From positions 13,692 to 45,928 of the forward strand of contig CAZTXH010000001.1 in NCBI GenBank assembly GCA_964617415.1: 32,237 bases of DNA. The letters are read 5' to 3'. The translations under genes were made by a program, and so were the position numbers. The notes beneath the pieces are model-generated. The model was not told the DNA's origin. It ran no database searches and saw nothing but the letters and a program-made list of their open reading frames with translations. Numbering within the stretch: the stretch's first letter is position 1; every line of letters begins with the position of its first letter. Shown here in pieces: positions 1 to 8,762 of this stretch. The DNA comes from an uncultured Rikenellaceae bacterium. GTDB taxonomy: Bacteria; Bacteroidota; Bacteroidia; Bacteroidales; VadinHA17.

Positions 1-1014
1 GAATAACATTATAGATATTCCCATGATCAGCAGCAATATGTATTGTAAAGTTCCGGGATTGAGCTTCAACGCAATGAAAAGAATAACTCCAGTTAATAAA
101 GTCGTGATTGCAGGGAAAAGTGATCTGGCATTCTGTCGCTTTTTACGCCATGCATCTGTCAGGTATCCGCCGATGGGGGCTCCCACCAGGGCAAGAACCA
201 TTATTATACTGGCTTTCATTCCTGCTTTATCCATTGGCATTCCCTGGACATTCTGAAAATATGTTGAAATCCATGTTATAAGAGCAGTCGTCGTAAATAC
301 AACTGCTGCAAATCCGAAATAAGTGAAAAGAACAGATGGTCTTGATAAAAACTCCCTCACCATATCCTTCTTAGCCATCTTTATTTTCTTCTTTGTCTTA
401 TCAACAAATGCAAGATCTACTGTTTTATAGTCTTTCATAAACAGGAAGAGGATAGCAATTATAAGTCCTGGTAAAGCAACAATCCCAAAAGCATGCTTCC
501 ATCCCAAATGTACTGCAATGACTCCTCCGAGAGCGTGCCCTATGGCAGTTCCGAGAGGTATTGAAGCATTCCAGATACCCATCATTTTTGCTCTTTTCTC
601 AAAAGGGAATAAGCCCGATATCACTGCACCACCACCCGGAGCATATCCGGCTTCGCCGATTCCGATCAAGGCACGTGCCATAAATAACTGTGCATAATTG
701 TGGGTCAGGGCACATAAGGCAGTGGCAATGCTCCACATGATTGCCATAATCCCTATGGTTTTGGTACGGCTCCAGCGGTCAACAAGCAAGGATACAGGAA
801 ATGTCAACAATACTATTGCCCAATAAACAGCAGAAACAAGCATCCCTTCCTGCATGTGTGTAATCCCCAGGTCTTTCCCAATAGATGGCCACATCGAGGT
901 AATAACCATCCTGTCGATATAATCGAACATGTAAAGCAGGAAGAGCAGGGTGAAGACATAATACGAATACCTCTTTGAAAACAGATATCCGTTTTGTTTT
1001 GCAGATTTTTCCAT
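1..1014 (-). CDS. MFS transporter, N-terminal 338 codons; the C-terminus lies beyond the window start
   Basis: Absent from the ORF track because it runs off the edge. My minus-strand translation from ATG at 1014..1012 gives MEKSAKQNGYLFSKRYSYYVFTLLFLLYMFDYIDRMVITS... and stays open to position 1. It shows the MFS loop 2-3 motif (LLVDRWSRTKTIG), ARALIGIGEAGYAPG, and repeated hydrophobic helices. Confidence 0.8.
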   Translation of the reverse strand, partial: MEKSAKQNGYLFSKRYSYYVFTLLFLLYMFDYIDRMVITSMWPSIGKDLGITHMQEGMLVSAVYWAIVLLTFPVSLLVDRWSRTKTIGIMAIMWSIATALCALTHNYAQLFMARALIGIGEAGYAPGGGAVISGLFPFEKRAKMMGIWNASIPLGTAIGHALGGVIAVHLGWKHAFGIVALPGLIIAILFLFMKDYKTVDLAFVDKTKKKIKMAKKDMVREFLSRPSVLFTYFGFAAVVFTTTALITWISTYFQNVQGMPMDKAGMKASIIMVLALVGAPIGGYLTDAWRKKRQNARSLFPAITTLLTGVILFIALKLNPGTLQYILLLIMGISIMLF

Positions 1015-1151
1015 AAGTCTTTCTGTAAAAACTTACTGCAAATAAGTAAAATTTATTTCAGTTGATTATTTTTTACATATATTTAAGTCTTTATACTTAG
1101 TATATAGATAAAAATCCTCCTTTATTTTCACCCCCAAATAAAAAATTGATT

Positions 1152-1601
1152 ATGATAACACTTAAACAAATTGAATCATTTATTGCTACGCAACCTATAG
1201 CAATGGTTGGCGTTTCGAGAAACACCAGGAAGTTCAGTTTTATTGCTTTTAATGATCTTAAGGAAAAGGGCATGGATATAATCCCCGTCAATCGCAATGC
1301 TGATGAAATAAACCAGATAAAAACATACCCGAATGTAATGTCATTGCCAAAAGAAGTAAAAGGTTTACTAATAATGACTCCCAAACATGAAACAGCAGGA
1401 GTTGTAAGGGATGCTATAAAAAAAGGATTTAAACAGATCTGGATACAACAATTTTCTGAAAGCAAAGAGGGCCTTAGTGAACTGAGCAATACAGATATCA
1501 ATTATATTACAGGCCATTGTATCCTGATGTATTATAATCCTCACGGTATACATAAATTTCATGGAAAGCTGAAGAAGTTCTTCGGACGATATCCAAAATA
1601 A
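1152..1601 (+). CDS. CoA-binding domain protein (YccU/YneT-like)
   Basis: The track ORF 1146..1601 begins at TTG. The first ATG is at 1152. IAMVGVSRNTRKFSFIAF...GMDIIPVN...LLIMTPKHETAGVVRDAIKKGFKQIWIQQ is typical of the CoA_binding_2 fold. Confidence 0.75.
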   Translation: MITLKQIESFIATQPIAMVGVSRNTRKFSFIAFNDLKEKGMDIIPVNRNADEINQIKTYPNVMSLPKEVKGLLIMTPKHETAGVVRDAIKKGFKQIWIQQFSESKEGLSELSNTDINYITGHCILMYYNPHGIHKFHGKLKKFFGRYPK

Positions 1602-1620
1602 ACTCATTATTATTTATCAA

Positions 1621-2028
1621 ATGGAAGAAAATCAATATATTTTCAGCACTGAATTAGCAGTCAGAGATTATGAGTGTGATGTTCAAGGAGTTGTAAATAA
1701 TGCTAATTATCTTCATTACCTTGAACATGCAAGACATGTATTTCTTCTTTCAAAACAGATCGATTTTATCGAACTTCATGAAGCAGGTATTGATCTTGTT
1801 GTGACAAAAATCGAGATTGAATATAAATTTCCTTTAAGAAGCCAGGACGTATTCATTATCAGGCTTAACCTGAAAAGGGATGGTAATTTAAAGCTCGTTT
1901 TTATACAGGATATCTTCCGGATTCCCGATGAAAAGCTTATTGCCCGTGCCAGGGTAACAGGTGTTGCCACAAAAAACGGAAAACCCTTCCAGGCAGGAGA
2001 TATTTTTCCAAAAGTGGGACTGGAATAA
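1621..2028 (+). CDS. acyl-CoA thioesterase, 4HBT/YbgC hotdog family
   Basis: 135 aa with an ATG start. VRDYECDVQGVVNNANYLHYLEHAR matches the N-terminal catalytic Asp region of YbgC-type thioesterases. Confidence 0.8.
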   Translation: MEENQYIFSTELAVRDYECDVQGVVNNANYLHYLEHARHVFLLSKQIDFIELHEAGIDLVVTKIEIEYKFPLRSQDVFIIRLNLKRDGNLKLVFIQDIFRIPDEKLIARARVTGVATKNGKPFQAGDIFPKVGLE

Positions 2029-2075
2029 ATAATAATAATAGTGTAACTTTATATATTATTACTAAATCCGATATC

Positions 2076-4265
2076 ATGAATTTAAAAAAATTATCACTGA
2101 CATTCACAAATGTTATTTTGCTTCTGTTCCTTACCTCTTTTATCGTTCTTTCACAATCAATTGAAGGAGACTGGTACGGCAAGGCTGAGATTCAAGGTAT
2201 TACTCTTCGTATCACTTTCCATATTAAATCTGCCGAAGATGGTTATTCGTCAACATGGGACAGTCCCGACCAGGGGGCTTATAATATTCCCTCCTCAACT
2301 ACTGAATTCATTTATCCTGACTTTTCATTCACGCATGAGGGCGCAGGATTTAAATACACAGGCACAGTAAATCAAGAATATACAGAAATTACCGGAAACC
2401 TTGAACAAGCTGGAAGTACTTTCGCAATAGTGTTTGGACGCGAGCCCATTGCCCCTCCTCCCGGCAGCCCCGAAGCACTAAAGGAGATATATGACAAGAA
2501 AGAAATTTACATAACCATGCGTGACGGTGTCAGGCTCTTTACATCAATCTATTCTCCAAAAAACACTTCATCAAAACACCCTATACTATTAAACAGGACA
2601 CCCTATAACATTGAGTCCCGTGGTCCAGATCATTATAATTATTTTCTTCAGGTTTATTCAAGATATACTGAAGAGGAATACATCATGGTCTTTCAGGATG
2701 TCAGGGGAAAATATATGAGCGAAGGTGAATATGAAGACATAAGACCCGTAATTCCTGTCAAGAAAAACAACAAGGATACTGATGAAACCACAGATACCTG
2801 GGATACAGTTGATTGGCTTGTAAAAAATGTTGAAAACAACAACGGCAATGTAGGTATTTTTGGCATTTCATACCCGGGATTCTATTCCACCATGGGTATA
2901 ATCGATGCTCATCCTTCAGTGAAGGCTGTTTCTCCACAAGCTCCCGTAACAGCATGGTTTATCGGTGATGATTTCCATCATAATGGCGCTTTTTTCCTTC
3001 TCGACTGTTTCCCTTTCTATTACAGTTTTGGCCAACCACGTCGGGAACCAACTCGTCAGGGAAATCCAGGATTCCAATGGCCGGTTCCTGATAATTATGA
3101 ATTTTTTATGTCACTCGGAGCCATAAAAAATATTGCACCCTTATATTTTGGCGACAGTATCAAATTCTGGAATGATGCTTTTGCACATCCCGATTATGAC
3201 GATTTCTGGAAGGCTCGTGACCCAAGGCAATATCTGAAAAATGTGACACCGGCAGTAATGACTGTTGGGGGCTGGTTTGATGCAGAGGATCTGTATGGAG
3301 CCATTCACACTTATAAGGCAATTGAAACACAGAATCCCAAAGAACTTGAAAATTATTTTGTTATGGGTCCCTGGTCTCACGGTCAATGGGCAGCCGGTGA
3401 GGCAAATAATTTGGGAAATATCTACTGGGGATTAGATGCAAATAAAGCATATATTGAACTTGAAAAAGAATTCTTTAATCATTACCTTAAAGGAGACAAG
3501 GTCCTTACAATACCAGAAGCAACTATTTTTGTAACAGGGTCAAACAAATGGAGGGAATTCAGCACATGGCCGCCTGTAAATACTACCGAAAGAGACCTTT
3601 ATTTACACCCCGGAGCAATTGCATCTTTTGAAAAACCATCGGGGAATACCAGCAGTTATGATGAGTATATTTCAGATCCAATGAAACCTGTTCCATATAC
3701 TGAAGATGTTCATGCAAGAAGAACTGCAGAATATATGACAGATGATCAGCGGTTTGCATCCCGCCGTCCTGATGTAATGGTCTACCAGACAGATGTTTTT
3801 GAAAACGATATAACAATTACAGGACCATTGACGGTAGACCTGTTTGTGTCAACAACCGGTACTGACGCAGATTATATCGTTAAACTCATTGATGTTTTTC
3901 CCCCCGAGACAGAAGCAGATGATGATGAAGATGTCGAAGTTCCTCTTGGTGGATATCAGATGCTTGTCAGGGGTGAGGTTCTGAGAGGAAAATACAGGAA
4001 CAGTTTTGAAAAACCCGAACCATTTGTCCCAGGCGAAGTAACCGAAGTTTCTTACGAAATACCCGACGTCGCACATACTTTTAAAAAGGGTCACAGGATA
4101 ATGATACATGTACAAAATTCATGGTTCCCGCTGGTTGACAGAAATCCACAAAAATTCGTTAACATATATGAGTGCTCCGAAAGCGATTTTCAGAAAGCGA
4201 CACACAGGATATACCATGATCCAAAATATCCTTCGCATATTAAAATGACGGTTTTAAATGAATAA
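2076..4265 (+). CDS. CocE/NonD family hydrolase (S15 X-Pro dipeptidyl-peptidase-like), secreted, with an extra ~120 aa N-terminal domain
   Basis: 729 aa with a signal peptide. It has the nucleophile elbow GISYPGFY, FHHNGAFFL, and a C-terminal jelly-roll domain (IYHDPKYPSHI) typical of the CocE/NonD family. Confidence 0.85.
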   Translation: MNLKKLSLTFTNVILLLFLTSFIVLSQSIEGDWYGKAEIQGITLRITFHIKSAEDGYSSTWDSPDQGAYNIPSSTTEFIYPDFSFTHEGAGFKYTGTVNQEYTEITGNLEQAGSTFAIVFGREPIAPPPGSPEALKEIYDKKEIYITMRDGVRLFTSIYSPKNTSSKHPILLNRTPYNIESRGPDHYNYFLQVYSRYTEEEYIMVFQDVRGKYMSEGEYEDIRPVIPVKKNNKDTDETTDTWDTVDWLVKNVENNNGNVGIFGISYPGFYSTMGIIDAHPSVKAVSPQAPVTAWFIGDDFHHNGAFFLLDCFPFYYSFGQPRREPTRQGNPGFQWPVPDNYEFFMSLGAIKNIAPLYFGDSIKFWNDAFAHPDYDDFWKARDPRQYLKNVTPAVMTVGGWFDAEDLYGAIHTYKAIETQNPKELENYFVMGPWSHGQWAAGEANNLGNIYWGLDANKAYIELEKEFFNHYLKGDKVLTIPEATIFVTGSNKWREFSTWPPVNTTERDLYLHPGAIASFEKPSGNTSSYDEYISDPMKPVPYTEDVHARRTAEYMTDDQRFASRRPDVMVYQTDVFENDITITGPLTVDLFVSTTGTDADYIVKLIDVFPPETEADDDEDVEVPLGGYQMLVRGEVLRGKYRNSFEKPEPFVPGEVTEVSYEIPDVAHTFKKGHRIMIHVQNSWFPLVDRNPQKFVNIYECSESDFQKATHRIYHDPKYPSHIKMTVLNE

Positions 4266-4314
4266 ATAATCTTAGTCCTTTGTTTAATTGATAAAACAGT
4301 AATATCATATCATT

Positions 4315-5211
4315 ATGGGGAAAAAGAATCTGACACGAAGACAATTCATCGCGGTGATGGGTGCAGGTGCAGGCAGTGTACTGATTGGCTCTTCTGTGTC
4401 CTCATCTAATGACCCTTTTCAGAAAGTAACCCTGGGCAACACCGGAATAAAAACCACCTTAATGGGCATGGGTACTGGTTTTAACGGATACAACCGTACA
4501 TCTGCCATTACAAGGGCAGGAACAGCAGAGTCGATGATCAGGTATTGCTGGGAAAAGGGTATACGTTACTTCGACTGTGCCGATTCGTACGGTACACATT
4601 CTTTTACTTCAAAGGTACTTAATGGTATCCCAAGGGAATCATATACCCTGGGTACAAAGATATGGGTATCGCCCGGAGGTATTCCGGAAGAGGATCATAC
4701 TGATGCCGATATAAGTGTCGATCGTTTCCGTAAAGAATTAAATACCGATTATATCGATATTGTACAGATACATTGTATGACAAGTCCGGACTGGACGGAT
4801 GAACAGAAGAGACAGATGGACCTGCTTGAAACACTCAAATCAAAAGGAATAATAAGGGCTCATGGGGTTTCTGTTCATTCCTTCGAAGCCCTGGAAGCTG
4901 CTGCAGCCAGTCCCTGGGTCGATGTAATACATGTCAGGATAAATCCTTATGGTGCAAATATGGATTCGAAAGATCCGGCTAAAGTGACTCCGGTAATTGA
5001 AAAAATGCACAAATCGGGAAAAGGTGTTATCGGTATGAAACTTATCGGAGGCGGAAATTTACGCAACGACCCTGATAAGATCGATAAATCATTGAAGTTC
5101 GTCCTCGGTCTTGGTACAGTTGATATGATAATCATAGGTTTTGAAAAACCTGAACAGGTTGATAATTATATCGGTTTGGTTGAATCAACCCTGAAAACAC
5201 TGAACATTTAA
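4315..5211 (+). CDS. aldo/keto reductase with a twin-arginine (Tat) signal
   Basis: 298 aa. The N-terminal TRRQFIAVMGAGAGSVLIGSS is a Tat motif plus h-region. YFDCADSYG and the MKLIGGG region fit the AKR fold. Confidence 0.8.
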   Translation: MGKKNLTRRQFIAVMGAGAGSVLIGSSVSSSNDPFQKVTLGNTGIKTTLMGMGTGFNGYNRTSAITRAGTAESMIRYCWEKGIRYFDCADSYGTHSFTSKVLNGIPRESYTLGTKIWVSPGGIPEEDHTDADISVDRFRKELNTDYIDIVQIHCMTSPDWTDEQKRQMDLLETLKSKGIIRAHGVSVHSFEALEAAAASPWVDVIHVRINPYGANMDSKDPAKVTPVIEKMHKSGKGVIGMKLIGGGNLRNDPDKIDKSLKFVLGLGTVDMIIIGFEKPEQVDNYIGLVESTLKTLNI

Positions 5212-5230
5212 TCTTTATAACATAAAGTTA

Positions 5231-6154
5231 ATGAGATCATTCAATATCCTTTTTATATTTCTCCTTTTATTCTCTGTAGGTGTCTCAGGACAATATGAAG
5301 GACTTGAAGGAATTATCAAACCAGGAGCAACGCTGGAAAAACTTGCTGATGGATTTCAGTTCACAGAAGGGCCATCGGCCAATAAAGAAGGAAATGTCTA
5401 TTTTACCGATCAGCCCAACAATCGTATACTTGTGTATTATCATAAAAAAGAATTTGATGAAGTAATTGAAGCCCTTGTTGTATTCATGGAACCAGCCGGA
5501 CGTTCGAATGGATTGTCATTCGATAACCAGGGTAATCTCTGGTCATGTGCCGATGAAAAAAATGAACTCTGGCGTGTTAGTCCGGATAAAGATGTTGAAG
5601 TAATAGTGGATAATTATGAGGGGAAACTTCTGAACGGACCAAATGACCTGTGGATAGATCCTTCAGGGGGAGTCTATTTCACTGATCCCTTCTACAAACG
5701 TTCATGGTGGTCGCATGAAGAAATGCCGCAGGAAAAACAGTGTGTATATTACCTTAAACCCGATCATAAAAGAATATTACTGGTTGAAAGTGATCTGTTA
5801 CAACCTAACGGTATAGTAGGTACACCTGACGGTAAAAAGCTTTTTGTGGCTGATATAAGAGGAAATAAGACATGGTCATACTCAATAAATCCGGATGGAA
5901 CACTATCAGATAAAACTCTTTTTTGTGAAATGGGATCTGACGGCATGACAATTGACTCACAAGGAAATATATATCTAACAGGCAAGGGAGTTACCATCTT
6001 TGACAACCAGGGCACCAGGCTTGGTAATATCGCCGTCCCTGAGAACTGGACAGCAAATGTATGTTTTGGAGGAAGCAATCTTAAATACTTATATATAACC
6101 GCCAGTAAAGGATTGTACCGTATCAGTTTAAAAGTCAAGGGAACTCGTGGCTGA
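5231..6154 (+). CDS. SMP-30/gluconolactonase/LRE family protein, secreted
   Basis: 307 aa with a signal peptide. FTEGPSANKEGNVYFTDQPNNRI, NGPNDLWIDPSGGVYFTDP and PNGIVGTPDGKKLFVAD are beta-propeller lactonase motifs. Confidence 0.8.
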   Translation: MRSFNILFIFLLLFSVGVSGQYEGLEGIIKPGATLEKLADGFQFTEGPSANKEGNVYFTDQPNNRILVYYHKKEFDEVIEALVVFMEPAGRSNGLSFDNQGNLWSCADEKNELWRVSPDKDVEVIVDNYEGKLLNGPNDLWIDPSGGVYFTDPFYKRSWWSHEEMPQEKQCVYYLKPDHKRILLVESDLLQPNGIVGTPDGKKLFVADIRGNKTWSYSINPDGTLSDKTLFCEMGSDGMTIDSQGNIYLTGKGVTIFDNQGTRLGNIAVPENWTANVCFGGSNLKYLYITASKGLYRISLKVKGTRG

Positions 6155-6344
6155 AAGTAAAACCTGTTGATAAATTATAACTTTTCTTTATAAATCCGAA
6201 GTATCAATTATTTTGTGCTTTAGTCACTTTTTTTATTATTGTAACCATATTTTAACAATTTCTTCGCTTATGGAGGGAACACGCAGGGCAGATATCAGAC
6301 CTGGCACTGCGGTTTCATATTCATCAATCATTCCAAAAATTAAC

Positions 6345-6352
6345 TAAATTTG
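6345..6352 (+). promoter_or_regulatory. candidate Bacteroidota -7 promoter box (TAAATTTG) for the phosphofructokinase gene
   Basis: Exact match to the TAnnTTTG consensus, 58 nt upstream of the ATG at 6411. Confidence 0.35.
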
Positions 6353-6410
6353 CACCGGATGAAAAGTTATCTTTTCCATCTGCTGTATTTATTAATTCAA
6401 CTGTGAAAAA

Positions 6411-7679
6411 ATGAAATATGAGGATTTTCTGGTCTCAGCGCTGGGAAACAGTAATGTGCTAACACCTCTCAAAAAGGGTCAGCGGGCTGATAGTCCCGTT
6501 TATAAATTTGTTAAAGATGATGAAAGGATCCTGTATGATGTGTCGCTCGATCATTTTAACAAATTCCGGAACAATGATAAGGACCCTATATCATTTGAAA
6601 AGGCCGGACCGAAAGAGAACCTTTATTTTGAACCGGCCAAGACAAAGGTTGGCATAGTAACCTGTGGAGGATTATGTCCGGGAGTAAATAATGTTATACG
6701 TAGTATTGTCAACCAGCTTCATTACAGGTACGGAGTAAACAGGATGCTTGGTATAAAATATGGTTATGAAGGTTTAATATCAAAATATAATCATCCCGTT
6801 GTTGAGCTTACACCTTCAATGGTGAGTGATATTCATGATTTCGGAGGAACATTTTTAGGTACATCACGAGGTAATCAGAATGTTGGTGAAATGGTCGATA
6901 CACTGGAAATTTTAAATATTAACATTTTGTTTTGTATAGGTGGTGATGGTACCTTACGTGGAGCTCATGCCATTCATGAAGAGATAAAGAAAAGGAAACT
7001 TAAGATATCAGTTGCAGGTATTCCGAAAACAATTGATAACGATATTGACCTTATTCAGAAATCATTTGGCTTTGAGACCGCCTTCTCAATTGCCAATGAC
7101 ATTATCCGTAATGCACACAATGAAGCAGAGGGTGCACATAATGGAATAGCCCTCGTAAAACTCATGGGAAGAGATTCAGGATTTATTGCAGCAAGTGCTG
7201 CACTGGCTATTCAGGAGGTTAATTTTGTGCTTGTCCCTGAGATCTCTTTTGAGTTGTACGGCACGAGAGGATTTCTGAAAGTCCTGAGAAACCGTCTCGA
7301 AAACAGACATCATGCTGTAATTGTGGTAGCCGAAGGTGCCGGTCAGGATTTGTTTGAAGACAAAGATCTTGTTAAAGATGCTTCAGGTAATATCAAACAT
7401 AAAGATATCGGTATATATCTTAAGGAAAGGATAAAAGAGGAGTTCGATGCAAAGAAATTTCCATACTCCATCAAATATATTGATCCCAGTTATATTATCC
7501 GAAGTGCTCCTGCTAATGCCAATGACAGCAAATTCTGCAATCTCCTTGCACAGAATGCTGTACATGCTGCTATGGCGGGAAAAACCGATTTCGTTGTCGG
7601 ATACTGGAATAATGAATTCACCCTTATTCCGATACCAATGGCTGTGGCAAAAAGGAAGAAAATTGACATTGAAGTATAA
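6411..7679 (+). CDS. pfk: ATP-dependent 6-phosphofructokinase (long, ~420 aa type)
   Basis: 422 aa with [33 protein letters not shown] and MGRDSGFIA. Gly rather than Asp in GGDGT suggests an ATP rather than a PPi donor. Confidence 0.88.
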   Translation: MKYEDFLVSALGNSNVLTPLKKGQRADSPVYKFVKDDERILYDVSLDHFNKFRNNDKDPISFEKAGPKENLYFEPAKTKVGIVTCGGLCPGVNNVIRSIVNQLHYRYGVNRMLGIKYGYEGLISKYNHPVVELTPSMVSDIHDFGGTFLGTSRGNQNVGEMVDTLEILNINILFCIGGDGTLRGAHAIHEEIKKRKLKISVAGIPKTIDNDIDLIQKSFGFETAFSIANDIIRNAHNEAEGAHNGIALVKLMGRDSGFIAASAALAIQEVNFVLVPEISFELYGTRGFLKVLRNRLENRHHAVIVVAEGAGQDLFEDKDLVKDASGNIKHKDIGIYLKERIKEEFDAKKFPYSIKYIDPSYIIRSAPANANDSKFCNLLAQNAVHAAMAGKTDFVVGYWNNEFTLIPIPMAVAKRKKIDIEV

Positions 7680-7737
7680 CTGTGGTGGAATGTACTTGAG
7701 GCTACCGGCCAGCCAATACTCATGAAGAACCTGTAAT

Positions 7738-8346
7738 ATGATCAGAAACATTATCTTTGACCTGGGAAATGTCCTGATCAGCTTCAAACCTGCCGAATAT
7801 CTTAAAGAACACAATTATCCTGGTGATAAAATTGATATCATCCTTAAGAATATATTTTTAAGCTCCGAATGGCTGATGCTTGATAACGGAACAATCAGTA
7901 CCAAGGAAGCAATTGACAGAATAGAAAAAAAATCTATTTTAAAAAGGGCAGAAATAAGCTCTGTATTCAATCAGAGGCTTGAGATAATGTTTCCCCTTAA
8001 TGTTAATACAAAAATGCTTCCTGCGTTACGAAAAAGAGGTTTTAAGCTATATTATCTGTCTAACTTCCCCCTTGATACTTTTTATGAGGTAAAAAACAGT
8101 TATTCTTTTTTCAAATACTTTGACGGAGGAATTATTTCTGCTGAAATAAATTATTCTAAACCTGATCCGGCTATATATAATATCTTCCTGCAGAAATATG
8201 ATTTAATGGCAAACGAATGTTTATTCATTGATGATGCGGAAATTAATGTTAAGGCGGCAGAATCGTTAGGTATGAAGGGGTATTTCACAGATGGTTCGGA
8301 AATGTTAAATATAGAGGATCTTATGCCTTATGTACAAAAAGTTTGA
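7738..8346 (+). CDS. HAD superfamily hydrolase (subfamily IA, YihX-like phosphatase)
   Basis: 202 aa. Motif I is IIFDLGNVLI. The C-terminal CLFIDDAEINVKAAESLGMKG is motif IV. Confidence 0.8.
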   Translation: MIRNIIFDLGNVLISFKPAEYLKEHNYPGDKIDIILKNIFLSSEWLMLDNGTISTKEAIDRIEKKSILKRAEISSVFNQRLEIMFPLNVNTKMLPALRKRGFKLYYLSNFPLDTFYEVKNSYSFFKYFDGGIISAEINYSKPDPAIYNIFLQKYDLMANECLFIDDAEINVKAAESLGMKGYFTDGSEMLNIEDLMPYVQKV

Positions 8347-8411
8347 ACACCTGTACTATAATCCTAACAGACTTCACTCCCTTGTGACTGGCTTCAGCCC
8401 AATATTAAACA

Positions 8412-8431
8412 GGACTAAAGTCCCTTTTTTT
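8412..8431 (+). terminator. weak intrinsic terminator candidate downstream of the HAD gene
   Basis: GGAC-TAAA-GTCC stem-loop (only 4 bp) followed by C and a T7 run, 66 nt after the stop at 8346. Confidence 0.3.
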
Positions 8432-8444
8432 AAGAAATACCTAT

Positions 8445-8464
8445 CCGTTGGCTTAAACCAACGG
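8445..8464. repeat. 7-bp stem hairpin CCGTTGG-CTTAAA-CCAACGG in the convergent intergenic spacer
   Basis: Perfect inverted repeat read directly from the sequence. No U-run follows on either strand. Confidence 0.5.
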
Positions 8465-8762
8465 CAATAGAACAAATAAAATTATGATCTGATGCAAAAA
8501 GAATATTCTCTACAATTTTAAAGAAAACACTTCCATCCTCTGGTATTATAATCCATTAAGAAAATTTGATCATTACATATTCCCTTTTAATGCTTTTAAA
8601 TCATTTTGAACAATGTTATATATTCACATTTTAAGCCGTATGGTCATATCTTTAAAAATATTCATTTCTAACGAGGTTAAAAACAGGCAATATCACCCTT
8701 AATATATTACTATTCAATACCTTATGTCTGATTTTTTTAATCGTTCCATTGGGAAGAACAGG

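Noticed and set aside
1097-1607. Minus-strand ORFs 1097..1501 and 1368..1607, opposite the CoA-binding gene.
   Set aside because: They are antisense shadow ORFs with hydrophobic low-complexity sequence. The plus-strand frame carries the recognisable CoA-binding motifs.
2026-2040. A TAA followed by an (ATA)4 trinucleotide run after the thioesterase stop.
   Set aside because: It is too short to be a meaningful microsatellite or phase-variation tract in an AT-rich genome.
7383-7814. A 143-aa minus-strand ORF spanning the pfk/HAD junction, plus plus-strand ORFs at 7447..7725 and minus-strand 7490..7723.
   Set aside because: They overlap the strongly supported pfk and HAD coding frames and have no recognisable motifs.
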